The position numbers and the translations under genes are program-made. A stretch of DNA of 64,000 nucleotides from assembly GCF_009914755.1 (NCBI RefSeq), contig NC_060929.1; one strand, given 5' to 3'. The notes under the pieces are model-generated. The model saw only the letters and a program-made list of their open reading frames with translations, was not told the origin of the DNA and did not search any database. Positions 1-12,958 of this stretch are shown here, in pieces; within the stretch, counting starts at the first letter, position 1; the number at the start of each line of letters is the position of its first letter. The DNA comes from the human T2T-CHM13v2.0 reference genome, Homo sapiens.

Positions 1-321
1 TTCATATTTGATCCATACCTCTCCCCCCCCGGAAAAATAAACTATAACTTAAATATTTGATCTATTCCTACTCCTTTGCCTCCATCCTCAGGTAACCTCT
101 AATGTGAAGTTAGCGCACACAGTTCTCAAGCATGTTTGGAACTACACTGTATCCACAAAAAAATACATGTGAGTTTGTGTTTAACATTTTACATAAATGG
201 CATAATTCTACCTATGTATAGCTTGCATTTTTAACTTACTATGTTTTTGAGATACATGTGTTAATAGATCTTTATTCACTTTAGCTGTTACAGAGAATCC
301 CAGTGTATGAAAAAAGTATAG

Positions 322-650
<329 letters not shown>

Positions 651-991
651 TAGTTTTTCACTGTTACACTTTTTCTGCTGAGTGACACTCTATTTCCATT
701 TTCATTTTTATTTTTATTTCTTTTTACTATAACAGTTTGTACAATAAACATCCTGAGATGTTTTCTTGTGCACACATTTTTCTGTTACACACTTATTTAG
801 TTAGTTGCTGGGTAATGAAGTTTAGGTAATATTGCATTTATTATTCATTCTTCAACAAATATTTAGGGTGCTTGTATGGTCTTGGCTATCTGTTGACTAA
901 AAAAGTGAAACTGATTAAATTCTAAGAAGATTACATAGTTGGCTGGATTATTTTTTTCTTTTTTCTTTCTTTGTTTTAATTAAGAAAAGTG

Positions 992-1271
992 GGACTGGTG
1001 TAGTGTTGCATGCCTGTAATCCCAGCACTTTGGGAGGCCAAGGCAGGAGGATTGCTTGAACTCAGGAGTTCAAAACTAGCCTGGGAAACATGGTAAAACC
1101 TCATCTCTACAAAAAATACAAAAATTAGCTGGGTGTGGTGGTGTGCCTGTGGTCCTAGCTACTCAGGAGGCTGAGGTGGGAGGATTGCTTGAGTCCTGGA
1201 TGTCAAGGCTGCAGTGAGCCTAGATTACACCACTGCATTGCAGCCTGGGCGACAGAGTGAGACCCTGTCTC
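992..1271 (+). mobile_element. AluJ lacking A-tail
   Basis: Dimeric Alu, J-type diagnostics (ggattgcttga, gtcaaggctgcagtgagc). Confidence 0.9.
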
Positions 1272-1274
1272 AGC

Positions 1275-1555
1275 TCCCAGCACTTTGGGAGGCCGAGGCA
1301 GGTGGATCACCTGAGGTCAGGAGTTCGAGACCAGCCTGACCAACATGGAGAAACCCCGTCTCTACTAAAAATACAAAATTACCCAGGCGTGGTGGCGCAT
1401 GCCTGTAATCCCAGCTACTCGGGAGGCTAAGGCAGATGAATCGCTTGAACCTGGGAGGTGGAGGTTGCAGTGAGCCGAGATCCCACCGGCCATTGTACTC
1501 CAGCCTGGGCAACAAGAGTGAAACTCCAACTCAAAGAGAGAAAGAAAAAGAAAAA
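1275..1555 (+). mobile_element. AluSp-like, 5' truncated
   Basis: ctgaccaacatggagaaaccc diagnostic; fused to preceding Alu. Confidence 0.9.
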
Positions 1556-1629
1556 GTGGCTCTTCATTGTAAAATTGAAGCATGAGACAAATCCATGGTG
1601 CTGTTTGGGATTCTTGTGCAGAAACCTTT

Positions 1630-1780
1630 TCTCAGCTACTCACTGGCCGTGTGACCTTGGATTACTCACCCAACCTCCTCTTCCTCATTTCTTTGGTAAG
1701 ATTAAGGGGTAGGAGTAAGCATTTACAAAGGCACATTCCTGTTCTAAGAGTCTGTGAAAATGTTGCTGTGTTAGTGACGC
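1630..1780 (+). mobile_element. MIR remnant
   Basis: gtgtgaccttgg...cttcctcattt core similarity. Confidence 0.5.
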
Positions 1781-2146
1781 ATTTTTACCCTAATGGTAAC
1801 CACTCAGGCTGAAAGGAGTTTAAGGCATTTAAACACATTGGCGTCCTCATTCCTTCAAATTGCTGGGCACATTCTTTTTTTTTTTTTTCCCTAAGTTCAT
1901 GTCAGACACATGTTACACATGCAATCATCATGCTCGTGAATTCTGCAAAAGGATCACCAGGCGTCTTGCCTCAGAGCCTTTGCATGTGCTCTTCCCACTA
2001 CCTGGAAAGCACTTCTCTTAGACGTCTACATGGCTGTGTCATCCCTTCAGGTGTTATGTTGAGACACCTCCTTCCAGTCCAGCCTGCAACCTCATCCCTG
2101 CTTTATTTACCTCCAAGGCACTTACCACCTTCTAGCTTGCCGTGTA

Positions 2147-2377
2147 TAGGTTGAGTATTCTTTATTCCAGAATGCTTGGGACCAGAAGTGTTTCAGATTT
2201 TGGATATTTTTAAAATTTTTGGAGTATTTGTATTACATGGTTGAACATTCCTGATCCAAAAATTTGAAGTGCTCCGGTGGGTCTTTCCTTTGGTGTCGTG
2301 TAGGTGCTCAAAGAGTTTTGGACTTTGGAGCATTTCAGATTCAGATTCAGATTCCTGGTTTAGGGATACTCAATCTA
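2147..2377. mobile_element. Tigger4a/MER46-type (TcMar-Tigger) MITE
   Basis: TIRs taggttgagtat / atactcaatcta, TA target duplication, atgcttgggaccagaagtgtttc body; interrupts an L2 remnant. Confidence 0.8.
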
Positions 2378-2379
2378 TA

Positions 2380-2518
2380 ATTTATATCAGTATTCTGTAC
2401 TAGATTATGAGCTCTACAAAGGCATGGGGTTTGCCACTCTTGTTTACTGTTGTATTCATGGTGTCTAGAACAATGTTGACCCCTAGCAGGTAAACAGATG
2501 TTTGATGAACAAATGGAT
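2380..2518 (+). mobile_element. L2 3' end remnant (continues from about 1960-2145)
   Basis: tagattatgagctc...tgtttactgttgtattc...tctagaacaatg...tttgatgaacaaatg. Confidence 0.6.
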
Positions 2519-2926
2519 ATGCTTTTTGTTGTTATTTTTTCTCTGTGGAATTTCGCCTTTAACACTTACTGGATATCCTAAATGGTGCTGGTATGTGCAC
2601 CATATCTCATATTTACAGATTCCTTCAGGGTAAGAAAACTTATGTCTTCTAGGGAAACCACTCCTTTTAAATCTATGTGATTTATCCTATAAGCCACTTA
2701 ATGTCTTCAGACTTTTTTTCTCCCAACATTTTGCCTAATCCTGAATTTAGAGGAAAACATAAGTAACACGGTGCTTGGAAGCACACCCATCTTTCCTTTT
2801 GTGATAACCTGGTTTCCAATGCGATGAATGTGGAAGATGCATAACCAGTAGATGCTGACTGTATTCCACACGACATCTGCAGTAACAGGCCAGCAGCCAT
2901 CCCAAGCAACATGAAGCACACTGCAT

Positions 2927-3184
2927 TTCTTTCTTTTTTCTTGAGATGGGATCTTGCTCTGTTCTGGAACTCCTGGGCTCAAGTGATCCTCCCACCTCAG
3001 CTTCTCAAATAGTTGTGTCTACAGGCGCGTGCCAACACACCTGCCTAGTTTTTCTTTTACTTTTTACAAAGACAAGGTCTCCTTATGTTTTCCAGGCTGG
3101 TCTTGAACTCCTGGGCTCAGAAGGTCCTCCTGCTTCAGCCTCTTGAAGTGCTGGGATTACAGGCATGAGCCACTGCCCCCGGTC
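2927..3184 (-). mobile_element. AluJ with internal deletion
   Basis: TSD cacactgc(a/g)tttct. Confidence 0.9.
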
Positions 3185-3817
3185 CACACTGCGTTTCTAA
3201 GAACAAACAGTGTATTTTGTTGGATTGTTGCAGAGTGTACATCATCATTGCCCTGACTTTGTGCTTTTATCTATGAGGATTTTTTTGGAGGGGGAGGAGG
3301 GATGTATTTTTCATGATGGAAGGAAAATGAGAACCTTAATCTGAAGATGTTGGAGCAACTAATATGTAGAAAGGTCCCTAGATATACTCTAAGAATTGCC
3401 ACATCGTACAGTCCTTAATTCATGGCACAAAAAACATTCACTATTATAGCACTAATGCATTGTTTCAGTAGAAGCCAACTGAATTTTTTCTACCTTGCAT
3501 GATGAGTATAGGAGTTGACAAAACAAAGCTAAATATATCAGAGGCCTCTTGGATGCATTTTATATGGTGATAGGGAAAAGGAGTCTAGATTTTTTTTCCC
3601 AGTGAACTATATTAGGTATACGATACTGATGATATCCTTTAAAACATTACTAGAATACTGAAGTACACCATTTACATTTCTTATTGTATCCTCTGTAATA
3701 AAATGATATTGAAAGAAATCAGTATATTATGGATCCAGATAGGGTTAAACTTTAAGCTGAAAATCATAAACATAGAATTATATGATTATTAGTAAAATGT
3801 TGCACAATTTAAACAGA

Positions 3818-4156
<339 letters not shown>

Positions 4157-4329
4157 TAGTCATGAGCTGAAAAGTACAGGTGGTTCAACAAAAGATAAAA
4201 ATTGTTCATCAAATGTCAATTTTCTAGCTCCAGCCATCTACAATGAACAAAAAAATTAGCCTCGTCTTTGACATCAGGCCCACTGAGAGATATCAGCAAA
4301 TCTAATCAGTATTTTAAAAAGTAACTTTT

Positions 4330-4638
4330 GGCCAGGCATGGTGGTTCACACCTGTAATTCTAGCACTTTGAGAAGCTGAGGCAGGAAGATCACTTAAGCC
4401 CAGGAGTTAAGAGACCAGCTTGGGAAACATGGCGAAACTTTGTCTCTAAAAAAATACAAAAATTAGTTGGGCATGGTGGTGCATTCCTGTAGTCCCAGCT
4501 ACTCAGGAGGCTGAGGTGGGAGGATCACCTCAACCCATGAGATCGAGGGTTGCAGTGAGCCAAAATCTTACCACTACACTCCAGCATGGGCAACAGAGTG
4601 AGACCCTGTCTAAAAAAATAAATAAATACAAATAAAAA
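4330..4638 (+). mobile_element. AluJ
   Basis: TSD aaaaagtaacttt. Confidence 0.9.
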
Positions 4639-5303
4639 GTAACTTTACTGACTTAACCATGTGTTTAAAAACAAAGCAGTACCTTCTTCTGTTTAACTGA
4701 AGGAAGCATGCCTTGTTCTTCAATTTTATATTCTATGTGTCCAGTAGAGTATCTGCCACACAGTAGGAGATTAACATCTCTCAACTACTCCTGCCTCAGA
4801 GGTCATTAAGCCCCTCATGGCGGTCATCAGATATAGAGTTGTCCTAGTCTAGAGGAGAATTAAACAATAATCAAAAGGCAGAAATCAGCAACAAAGTGCG
4901 AAGTCGAAGTTCAGAAGATGTGAAAGAAACACTTTTCCTCCTTATCCACTCTTTGCGGAAGTTTGTGCATTGTGTCTTGATTGATTCACCAGCTGGGTTT
5001 TTGTGATCAGTGTCACCTCATCTAACCTTACTTGCGATCTAGGCCAGTCCCTTCTGTAGTGAATGGCATTCACTGGAAATTAGTCTTGCCGTATAATTCC
5101 ATGACCATATGTCACACCGGGGCAAGGGGACACCTTTGGGAAGTTCTTCATGATTTGCTAATCCCTGCTTCTAAATAAGCAGAATCTAGTTGTGAGAAAA
5201 GGTGGTTGTAGTCCAAGAAGCTTACTGTACAGTGGAAGGAAATACATGGGCTCTTTTTTTTTCTTTCCTTATTTATTTATTTATTTTCTTAAATTGACAT
5301 TTA

Positions 5304-5538
5304 GGCCAGGCACAGTGGCTGCTGCCTGTAATCCAAGCCCTTTGAGAGGCTGAGGAGGGCAGACCACTTGAGCTCAGGAGTTCAAGACCAGTCTGGGCAA
5401 CATGGCACAAAACCCCATATCTACTTTAAAAAAAAAAAGTATATTTATATTGCAGTGAGCCAAGATCACACCACTGCACTCCAGCCTGGGTGACAGCGAG
5501 ACACTGTCTCAAAAAAAAAAAAAAAAGGAAAGAAAAAA
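5304..5538 (+). mobile_element. Alu with right-arm deletion
   Basis: TSD aaattgacatttag. Confidence 0.85.
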
Positions 5539-5711
5539 ATTGACATTTAGTGAACACCAAAGCTTATTATCAAGGAACCAGTTTCCCTTACACTTATTTA
5601 TTATATTACCTTTTAAAGCTCAACTTAATTTTTCATATCCATTTTAGGTATTGTTATCGATAAGATATTCTGTTTTCTTATGATCTAGATAAGTTCAATT
5701 TGCTTAATTAA

Positions 5712-6362
5712 TTTATTTATTAAATTTTTTATTTCCATGGGTTATTGGGGAACTGGGTGTTTGGTTACATGAGTAAGTTCTTTAGTGGTGATTTGTGAGA
5801 TTTTGGTGTACCCATCACCTGAGCAGTATACGCTGCATCCTATTTGTAGTCTTTTATCCCTCACTCCCTTCCCACCCTTTCCTCCTGAGTCCCCAAAGTC
5901 CATTTTGTCATTCTTATGCCTTTGCATCCTCATAGCTTAGCTCCTACTTATGGGTAGGAATGTACGATGTTTGGCTTTCCATTCCTGAGTTACTTCACTT
6001 AGAATAATAATCTCCAATCTCATCCAGGTCACTGTGAATGCTATTAGTTCACTCCTTTTTATGGCTAAGTAGTATCCATCATATATATATATATATGTGT
6101 GTATATATATATATGTGTATATATATATGTATATATATGTGTATATATATGTGTATATATATGTGTATATATATGTGTATATATATGTGTATATATATGT
6201 GTATATATATGTGTATATATGTATGTGTATATATATACACATATATATGTGTGTGTATATATATATATACACACATATATATATATATATATACACACAC
6301 CACAGTTTCTTTATCCACTCATTGATTGATGGGTATTTGGGTTGGTTCCACGTTTTTGCAAT
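5712..6362 (-). mobile_element. L1PB 3' end, 5' truncated
   Basis: ggttacatgagtaagttctttagtggtgatttgtgagattttgg; TSD tca(a/g)tttgcttaatt. Confidence 0.85.
6079..6300. repeat. (TA)n/(GTGTATATATAT)n microsatellite inside L1PB
   Basis: Direct reading; 12-bp periodic core. Confidence 0.95.
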
Positions 6363-7249
6363 CAGTTTGCTTAATTTAGCTGTTCTTTTCAAAGAGATAA
6401 TAACTCTAAAACTAACAAGCAGCATCTACCTCTTTTCACTTTCACTAAGTCTGTCCAGTTCCTTTTGCTGGCTGAAGTGATAGACACTCAGAAAACAGGC
6501 AGTGTTAACTGATGGAGAATAAAAGGCCAGAGAAGCCTCCTTTTGCACTAGGGCAGCACAGAGTAAAGTGTTTTCCATTTTTTTTTCTTTTTTTTTTTTT
6601 TTCTCTAAGAGGAATCCATTTGCAAACCAGAGAAAACCATCCAGCAGTGATTCTTAAATATTCGTGAGGCATAGATGGACACTTGCAAATCTGATGGGGG
6701 TTTTGGACCATTCTTCCTTGGAGAAACTGATGTATGTACAATGATGCTATAAATTCATAATTTTTATCAGTCTCATGAGTTTCATGGAACTCCTTGCCCT
6801 AAGGCCATTTATAAACCTCCTTGGAATACCCAGGTTAAGAACCCACAATGACCACCTCTCAAAGTTTGAGAATACAATTACAAGGGCTCTATTTTTCTAT
6901 CATGTGCCGCTATTCCCCACCCCACTGCCACCCACAGTTCGAAAACCTATCATACATGAGTGAAAAGTAATAATTGTGGGTTTTATACTCTCAATTTGAA
7001 AACTAGTCATCGGTTGCTATGTCAACCAGTCAACATACTATTGACCATTTTTAGGATCTATTTCTATTGGATGTAATAAAATGCAATTTATATGCAATGA
7101 AAAGGTGGTTTTGTAATATGACTATTTCACAGAGACCTGATGAATTCTAAGGATGAGTCTTAAGTTTCTCACCCCAAGGAGTTGGGTCTGTTCTGTCTTC
7201 AGCTTTTGGTGGCAGCAGTTTCCCAGTTTTGCTGTTAACAGGAAGGAAT

Positions 7250-7464
7250 GGAGATGTCCCAGGCCCCACCTGACAATTCTTGTAGTCTCACAGGAGATGT
7301 CCTGCGCCCCACTTGACAATACTCCTAGGCTCACAGTAGGTGTCCCAGGCAACCCCTGACAGTACTCCTAGGCTCACAGATGTCCCGGCCCCCCGACAGT
7401 ACTCCTAGTCTCACAGTAGGTGTCCCAGGCACCTCCTGACAGTACTTCTAGGCTCACAGGTAGG
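7250..7464. repeat. 43-bp minisatellite, about 5 units
   Basis: tgaca(a/g)tactcctaggctcacag...tgtccc units starting at 7271, 7314, 7357, 7394, 7437. Confidence 0.9.
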
Positions 7465-8340
7465 CCTTTGGCTGCTCAGCCCAGTGGGGGAAATATCCCC
7501 AACTGGCTCTTCACTTTGCCTTTTTCTTCTTGGCCCCCCAGCCTGATGTGGCTGTCTTGATGGGGACCTGAAGAAGACAGGGCCACACTTTTAGTTGAGG
7601 AACTGACCCTCAGCTGGAAGCCTGCTCTTCTGGAGGAAAACATGCTTCTGTGGGAAGTATTGTGCATGGGGGAAGGGACTGCCACGTCAGCTGTACTCAG
7701 AACTGCTAATATCAGCATTCACCTTGGGTGACGTCCTCAAGCCATTTCAGTCAAAAACCAAGCAAAAAGGGCTGTGGATCTGCCTGTAACAGGCTGCCTG
7801 CCTGACCTGACAGAAGCTCTTCAGATGGGTCATTGTAATTGACTTGAGCACCTTCTCTGCCATAGGCACTTTGCTGCTGGACTGTCCTCGAATAAGGTCA
7901 GGGCTGGCCGTAGTCATTGTCAGGTTTCCCATTACCAGTATGTGTTGATGGGATAATTGGGTATTAGAAGATCTCTGGATGAATGACAAGCCCTGCCCTC
8001 GGGGACTTAAGAGTTTTAGCCAGGTTAGATATGGTCGCAATCTGCCACAGTACAAGGCGACTGTTAGTGGTGGGAATGGGGTGGCGGTGGTGGGAGGGAA
8101 TTCTTTTCACAGATGAGGCTGAGGCCTAGAGAAATGGCCCCTTGGAAAGGGACAGTTAATGAGAGGCAGAGATGGATGAGACCCTGGTACTGGCTGCTCA
8201 GCACTGCACTTCTACACATTATACTTTTCTGTTTCTCTCACAGGTCAACAGTGACCTTGAGACTCCTGTATGTAGCTAATTATAATTGTTATTTGGAATT
8301 GATATCATTTTTCTATTTTGAGAAAATGTTCACGTTTCTC

Positions 8341-8630
8341 TTTTTTTCTGAGACAGGATCTCGCTCTGTCCCTTAGGCTGGAGTGCAGTGGTGCAATCTT
8401 AGCTCACCGCAGCCTTGACCTCCTGGGCTCAAGCAGTCCTCCCACCTTAGCCTCCCTGGAGCTGGCACTACAGGTGTGTACCACCACTCCTGGTGAATTT
8501 TTGTATTTTTGTAGAGACAGGGTTTCATCATGTTACCCGGGCTGGTCTCAAACTCCTGAGCTCAAGCAATCCGCCTGCTGTGGCCTCCCAAAAGTGCTGG
8601 GATTACAGGTATGAGCCACCATGCCCTGCC
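8341..8630 (-). mobile_element. AluJ
   Basis: Antisense Alu, J-type diagnostics. Confidence 0.9.
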
Positions 8631-9220
8631 TGAGCCTTTTTTATTATTATTATTTTTTTTGCATTGGAAAAAAACTATTTAAAACATAGGCATAGAAATT
8701 ATAGCCAATAACGGTATATTTACCATCCAGAATTTCCTTGGGCTACTTTTGATTTTTGAGGAAAGACTCCTAAGTCTTAAGTGCAGAAGACTTGTATAGA
8801 CTTGGACAATTCACCTCGAAGAAGAGGGTAAAAATTGGGAGTTCCAGGGGAGGCCAATGGCATTGAGCAGCAGCACGAAGGTCAGAAAAGGTGCAGGACC
8901 CAGGCCCTTGGCTGTGAGAACCGTGTAACAAATGTTTGTCAGGCTTTGTTGGTGAGCTCACAGATTCCATGCTGAGGCTCTTAATCTGACAAGAATGCTC
9001 AAGTAATTTGAACATCTCCTCCCATGAAAGCTGACATATTGGTGATTGATCCTTTTTCAAAAATGAAAGGAATTACTTCTGTTGCCGAGACAGGAGAGGC
9101 ATACACAGTGGCCTCTTCTCAGCCACCCAGAGGATGTGGGAACTTGTGAGACAGGAGGCTCATGGACAACCGGCTGCATTTTCTTTCTTCTCTAGGAAAG
9201 ACAGCCAAGACAGGGGTGGA

Positions 9221-9503
9221 CTCACGCGTATAATCCCAGCACTTTGGGAGGCTGAGGCAGGTGGATCACTTGAGGTCAGGAGTTCAAGACGAGCCTGGCC
9301 AACATGGTGAAACCCCATCTCCACTAAAAATACAAAAATTAGCTGGGCATGATGGCGCACGCCTGTGATCCCAGATTCTCGAGAGGCTGAGGCATGAGAA
9401 TTGCTTGAACTCGGGAAGCGGAGGTTGCACTGAGCCGAGAGTACACCATTGCACTCCAGCCTAGGCAACAGAGCGAGACTCTGTCTCAAAAAAAAAAAAA
9501 AAA
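9221..9503 (+). mobile_element. AluS
   Basis: Sense Alu with A-tail. Confidence 0.9.
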
Positions 9504-9948
9504 GGTGGGCCCCACGAAGGGTTCAGTGTCCTTTATTTAACATGTTAGGAGGCCATAGCACCAGGCAAGGTGCTGAGTATTTCATCTTTCTGTCTCCAAG
9601 CACAGGCCCACTTCAGACCCAGTTTCTATTTATCATGGGTGCAAGTTGATTCAAATGCTCTCACAACCTTCTTGGGTCTTTGTTTAAAGAAATAAAAAAA
9701 TTTCTTAGATTTTCTTTGGAGTTGATATCATTTTTCTCTTTTGAGAAAAACATTTCACATTTTTTATGAGCTTTTTTAAATTGGGAAAAAAAAACTATTT
9801 AAAATATCGGCATGGAAACTGTCATCAATATCCATATACTTACCATCCAAGATTTTCTTGGAGTGTGTTTTTTGAGGAAAAACTCATGTCTGCCGCTAAC
9901 TTCATGATGTATACAGCCACTCAGCAATCTTGATAAATTCCTAGGTAA

Positions 9949-10248
<300 letters not shown>

Positions 10249-11389
10249 AGTAATTAGGTTCTTTCTGTGCTATACAACTTTTCACAGTGTTGGGTGTGCT
10301 ATTTGTTTCCTTTTGCAACTGCTTTTCTTCTACAGTCTCTAAAAGCCTAATGAGACAGGCACACGATGCACTGATTTCCTCCAGGTGATACCTATCTCAA
10401 GCCTGTCTCCCGGCCAATCTGTTGATGGCTTTGTTACTGTTTGTGCCTTGTTTGGCAACAGGCTTTCTTTCTGTCTCTTGTTTAAACCAACCCCTGATTA
10501 TTTTTAAGTGCATAGTCCCTACAACAAAGGGTATTTGATTCTATGCCTCTTTGACCAAATAAATTGAAAGTAGGTGTTTATATCCACTGTGGCAAAAGAA
10601 ACAAGGAGCAGCTCACCCTGTCCTGGTGATAAGTGCTACAGGCTCGGGTGGCAGGCCGCTGGCTGTGGGCGCTTTTGTGTGTGGCTTCCCGAACAGTAGC
10701 ACTGTGCACCTCTGCCCCATTCTTGTCTCACTGGGTGATGTTTTTCAGGATTCCATTTGTATAATATCAGTGTTTAGATTGTCCTGAAGAATTGCAGTAT
10801 TTTCTTTTTTATAGGGTAGAGAGAGTTGTGCAGGATGGAATAATTTCTTAAGGAACAGAAATGTCCTAATGTTAGAGAAGTACATAAGTATCTAAACGTT
10901 CTGCTTTTCCAAATTGTTGCCAAGACATGGAAACCTCCATCTCAGTCTGCTGTCAGCCCAGGCGAACGTAAAAATAGCCACTTCACTTGTCTATAATTCT
11001 CTTTATATTTTCTCTGTTATTGACTTTGTATCTTTAGCAAAGCTATATGGAAGAGGATTTGTTGACTCCGTGAATTTAATAAAGTTATTCCTTAAGCATA
11101 TGCTCTACATGTGAGAACAAAGAAATAAAGATGCTACTCCATTCCAGTGAGGCAGGGGTGCGTGAGGACACACAGCCAGAAGGAATGGAATGCCTTTTGC
11201 AAATTGGTCCATTCGTATTTCCTAGAGGGACCTCTATGTGCCAGCAGTAATTCTGAGGACTCGTTCCGTCTTTGAAGGCAACTGAATTTTTTCTATTAAG
11301 TACTAAAAAGATTGGTCAGTTGGCCAGACTTTTAAAAATTACTGGTGTTGTCTCACGTGCAGCCCAGTGTCACGTGTTGGGCTTGGAAC

Positions 11390-11545
11390 TTGAACCTTAG
11401 TTTAATCTAGCCTCCTCTATTTATAAGCTATGCCCCTTTGGCTAAATAAACTTTCTCTGCTGCAATTTCCTAGTCTGGAAGCTGAGAATAATAACAGTAG
11501 AATTTAATTCTGAAGTGCTTGTGGGCATTAAATGAGATGACATTC
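11390..11545 (+). mobile_element. MIR remnant
   Basis: tttcctagtctggaagctgagaataata...gtgggcattaaatgagat. Confidence 0.6.
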
Positions 11546-12650
11546 ATTTATAATAAAATAATTTAAAAAATAAAATTTTGCAAAGTAATCTTTAAGGATA
11601 GCTATTGTGGCTGTTATTATCATTGCTAATGTCATCATGCTCTTTATCACCCTGCCTTTAAGGAACTGCTGATATATTGGCCAACATGATTATTCCTGCC
11701 ATTATAATCTATAGCAATAAAGAGAGGTTGCCCCATATGTTATTGTTAACACATCTGCCTTGCATCTTCTGTTCAATTTGCAACTGTTTCTCTGTATTAG
11801 CATTCTCCCTATTTACCTTTCTATTATTATGTCATTGTGTAATGTGAACGATGTAAAGATGTAGTTCTTTTATTAGTCCCCAGTCTTATCTTATTCCAGA
11901 TTGCATTAACAAGGTCCTCAGTCTCACCAGAGAACTTGTGTTGCTTCAACCGTAATCTAGACACAGAGTAGTAACGTCTTGGTTAAACTGAAAATGGTAG
12001 CTCTTAGCATGAAGCAATGGTATAGTTAATTCCCTATTGATGTTTTTGGAAAATTTTCAGACATGTTTTCTGAATAGTATATAACAGGGTAATAATTTTT
12101 TGTTTTTGTTTTTTTGGTTTTCAGCCTCCACTACAGAAAACTTGGGGCTAGGATAAGCTAACACAGTCTTACTTTGTTAGATGCTGTACAGCAAGTAAAA
12201 GCTATAGCTTCTTAAGAACAATAAGGAGGATAAACGTAGCCCCATGGGTGCACCTTGTCAGCCCTAATTGAGGATGGTCTTTTGGCACCAGGTAAAGGGG
12301 GTGAGAATACAGGAGAGTCCCTGAGTGGTAAACTAGCCCTTTCATAGCAGACATCGTCTTCTCGGCAGCAGGATAATAGTTGAGTTTGCACACACTAGGA
12401 GTCCATCAGCCTTTGAGTGAAATAAAATTGTGGGTTAATTATCCCTTCTACGTGTGGCAGAGTGAATCTTTTAAATTACTACTTTCATTGTTTAATTATT
12501 AACCTCCAGTATTTGTTAGACTTGTTTTGTGATCTTATGATAGTAAGTGAATGTTAAAGCTGGGAGCGTATACATTTTCTGCTTAATTTTACATCTGCTT
12601 TGTTAGTATTAATAATAAGATGCTATGTGCTTGAAGGGAAAAATCTTAAT

Positions 12651-12958
12651 CATTACTGTCTAATAAAAATGCAAGCAAACCACTAATACAGGCCACATAA
12701 ATCATAGTAAATTATCTAGTGGCCACAATAAAAAGTTTTTTAAAAATGAAATTAATTTTAATAATTTTATCTAGTGTATCCAAAATATTATTTCCAATAT
12801 GTAATCCATATAAAACTTACTAATGATGGAGTTGACATTCTTTTTTACTAGTGTTTGAAATCCATTGTATAAATCCCATTTACAGTGCATCTCAATTTGC
12901 ACTAGTCATATTTCAAATGCACAGATGCCACATGTGGCTATAGTATTGGACAGTACTG
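12651..12958. mobile_element. MER33/MER3-type hAT-Charlie element
   Basis: tttcaaatgc...gccacatgtggcta...tattggacagtactg terminus. Confidence 0.7.

Noticed and set aside
1314-1327. DR2-like AGGTCA-GG-AGTTC(A/G) motifs in Alus
   Set aside because: Generic feature of AluS elements genome-wide
5937-6480. Long overlapping YI/TH-rich ORFs
   Set aside because: Translations of a TA/TG microsatellite inside an L1PB
7250-7464. CRISPR-like regular repeats
   Set aside because: Contiguous tandem units without unique spacers, in primate DNA; a minisatellite
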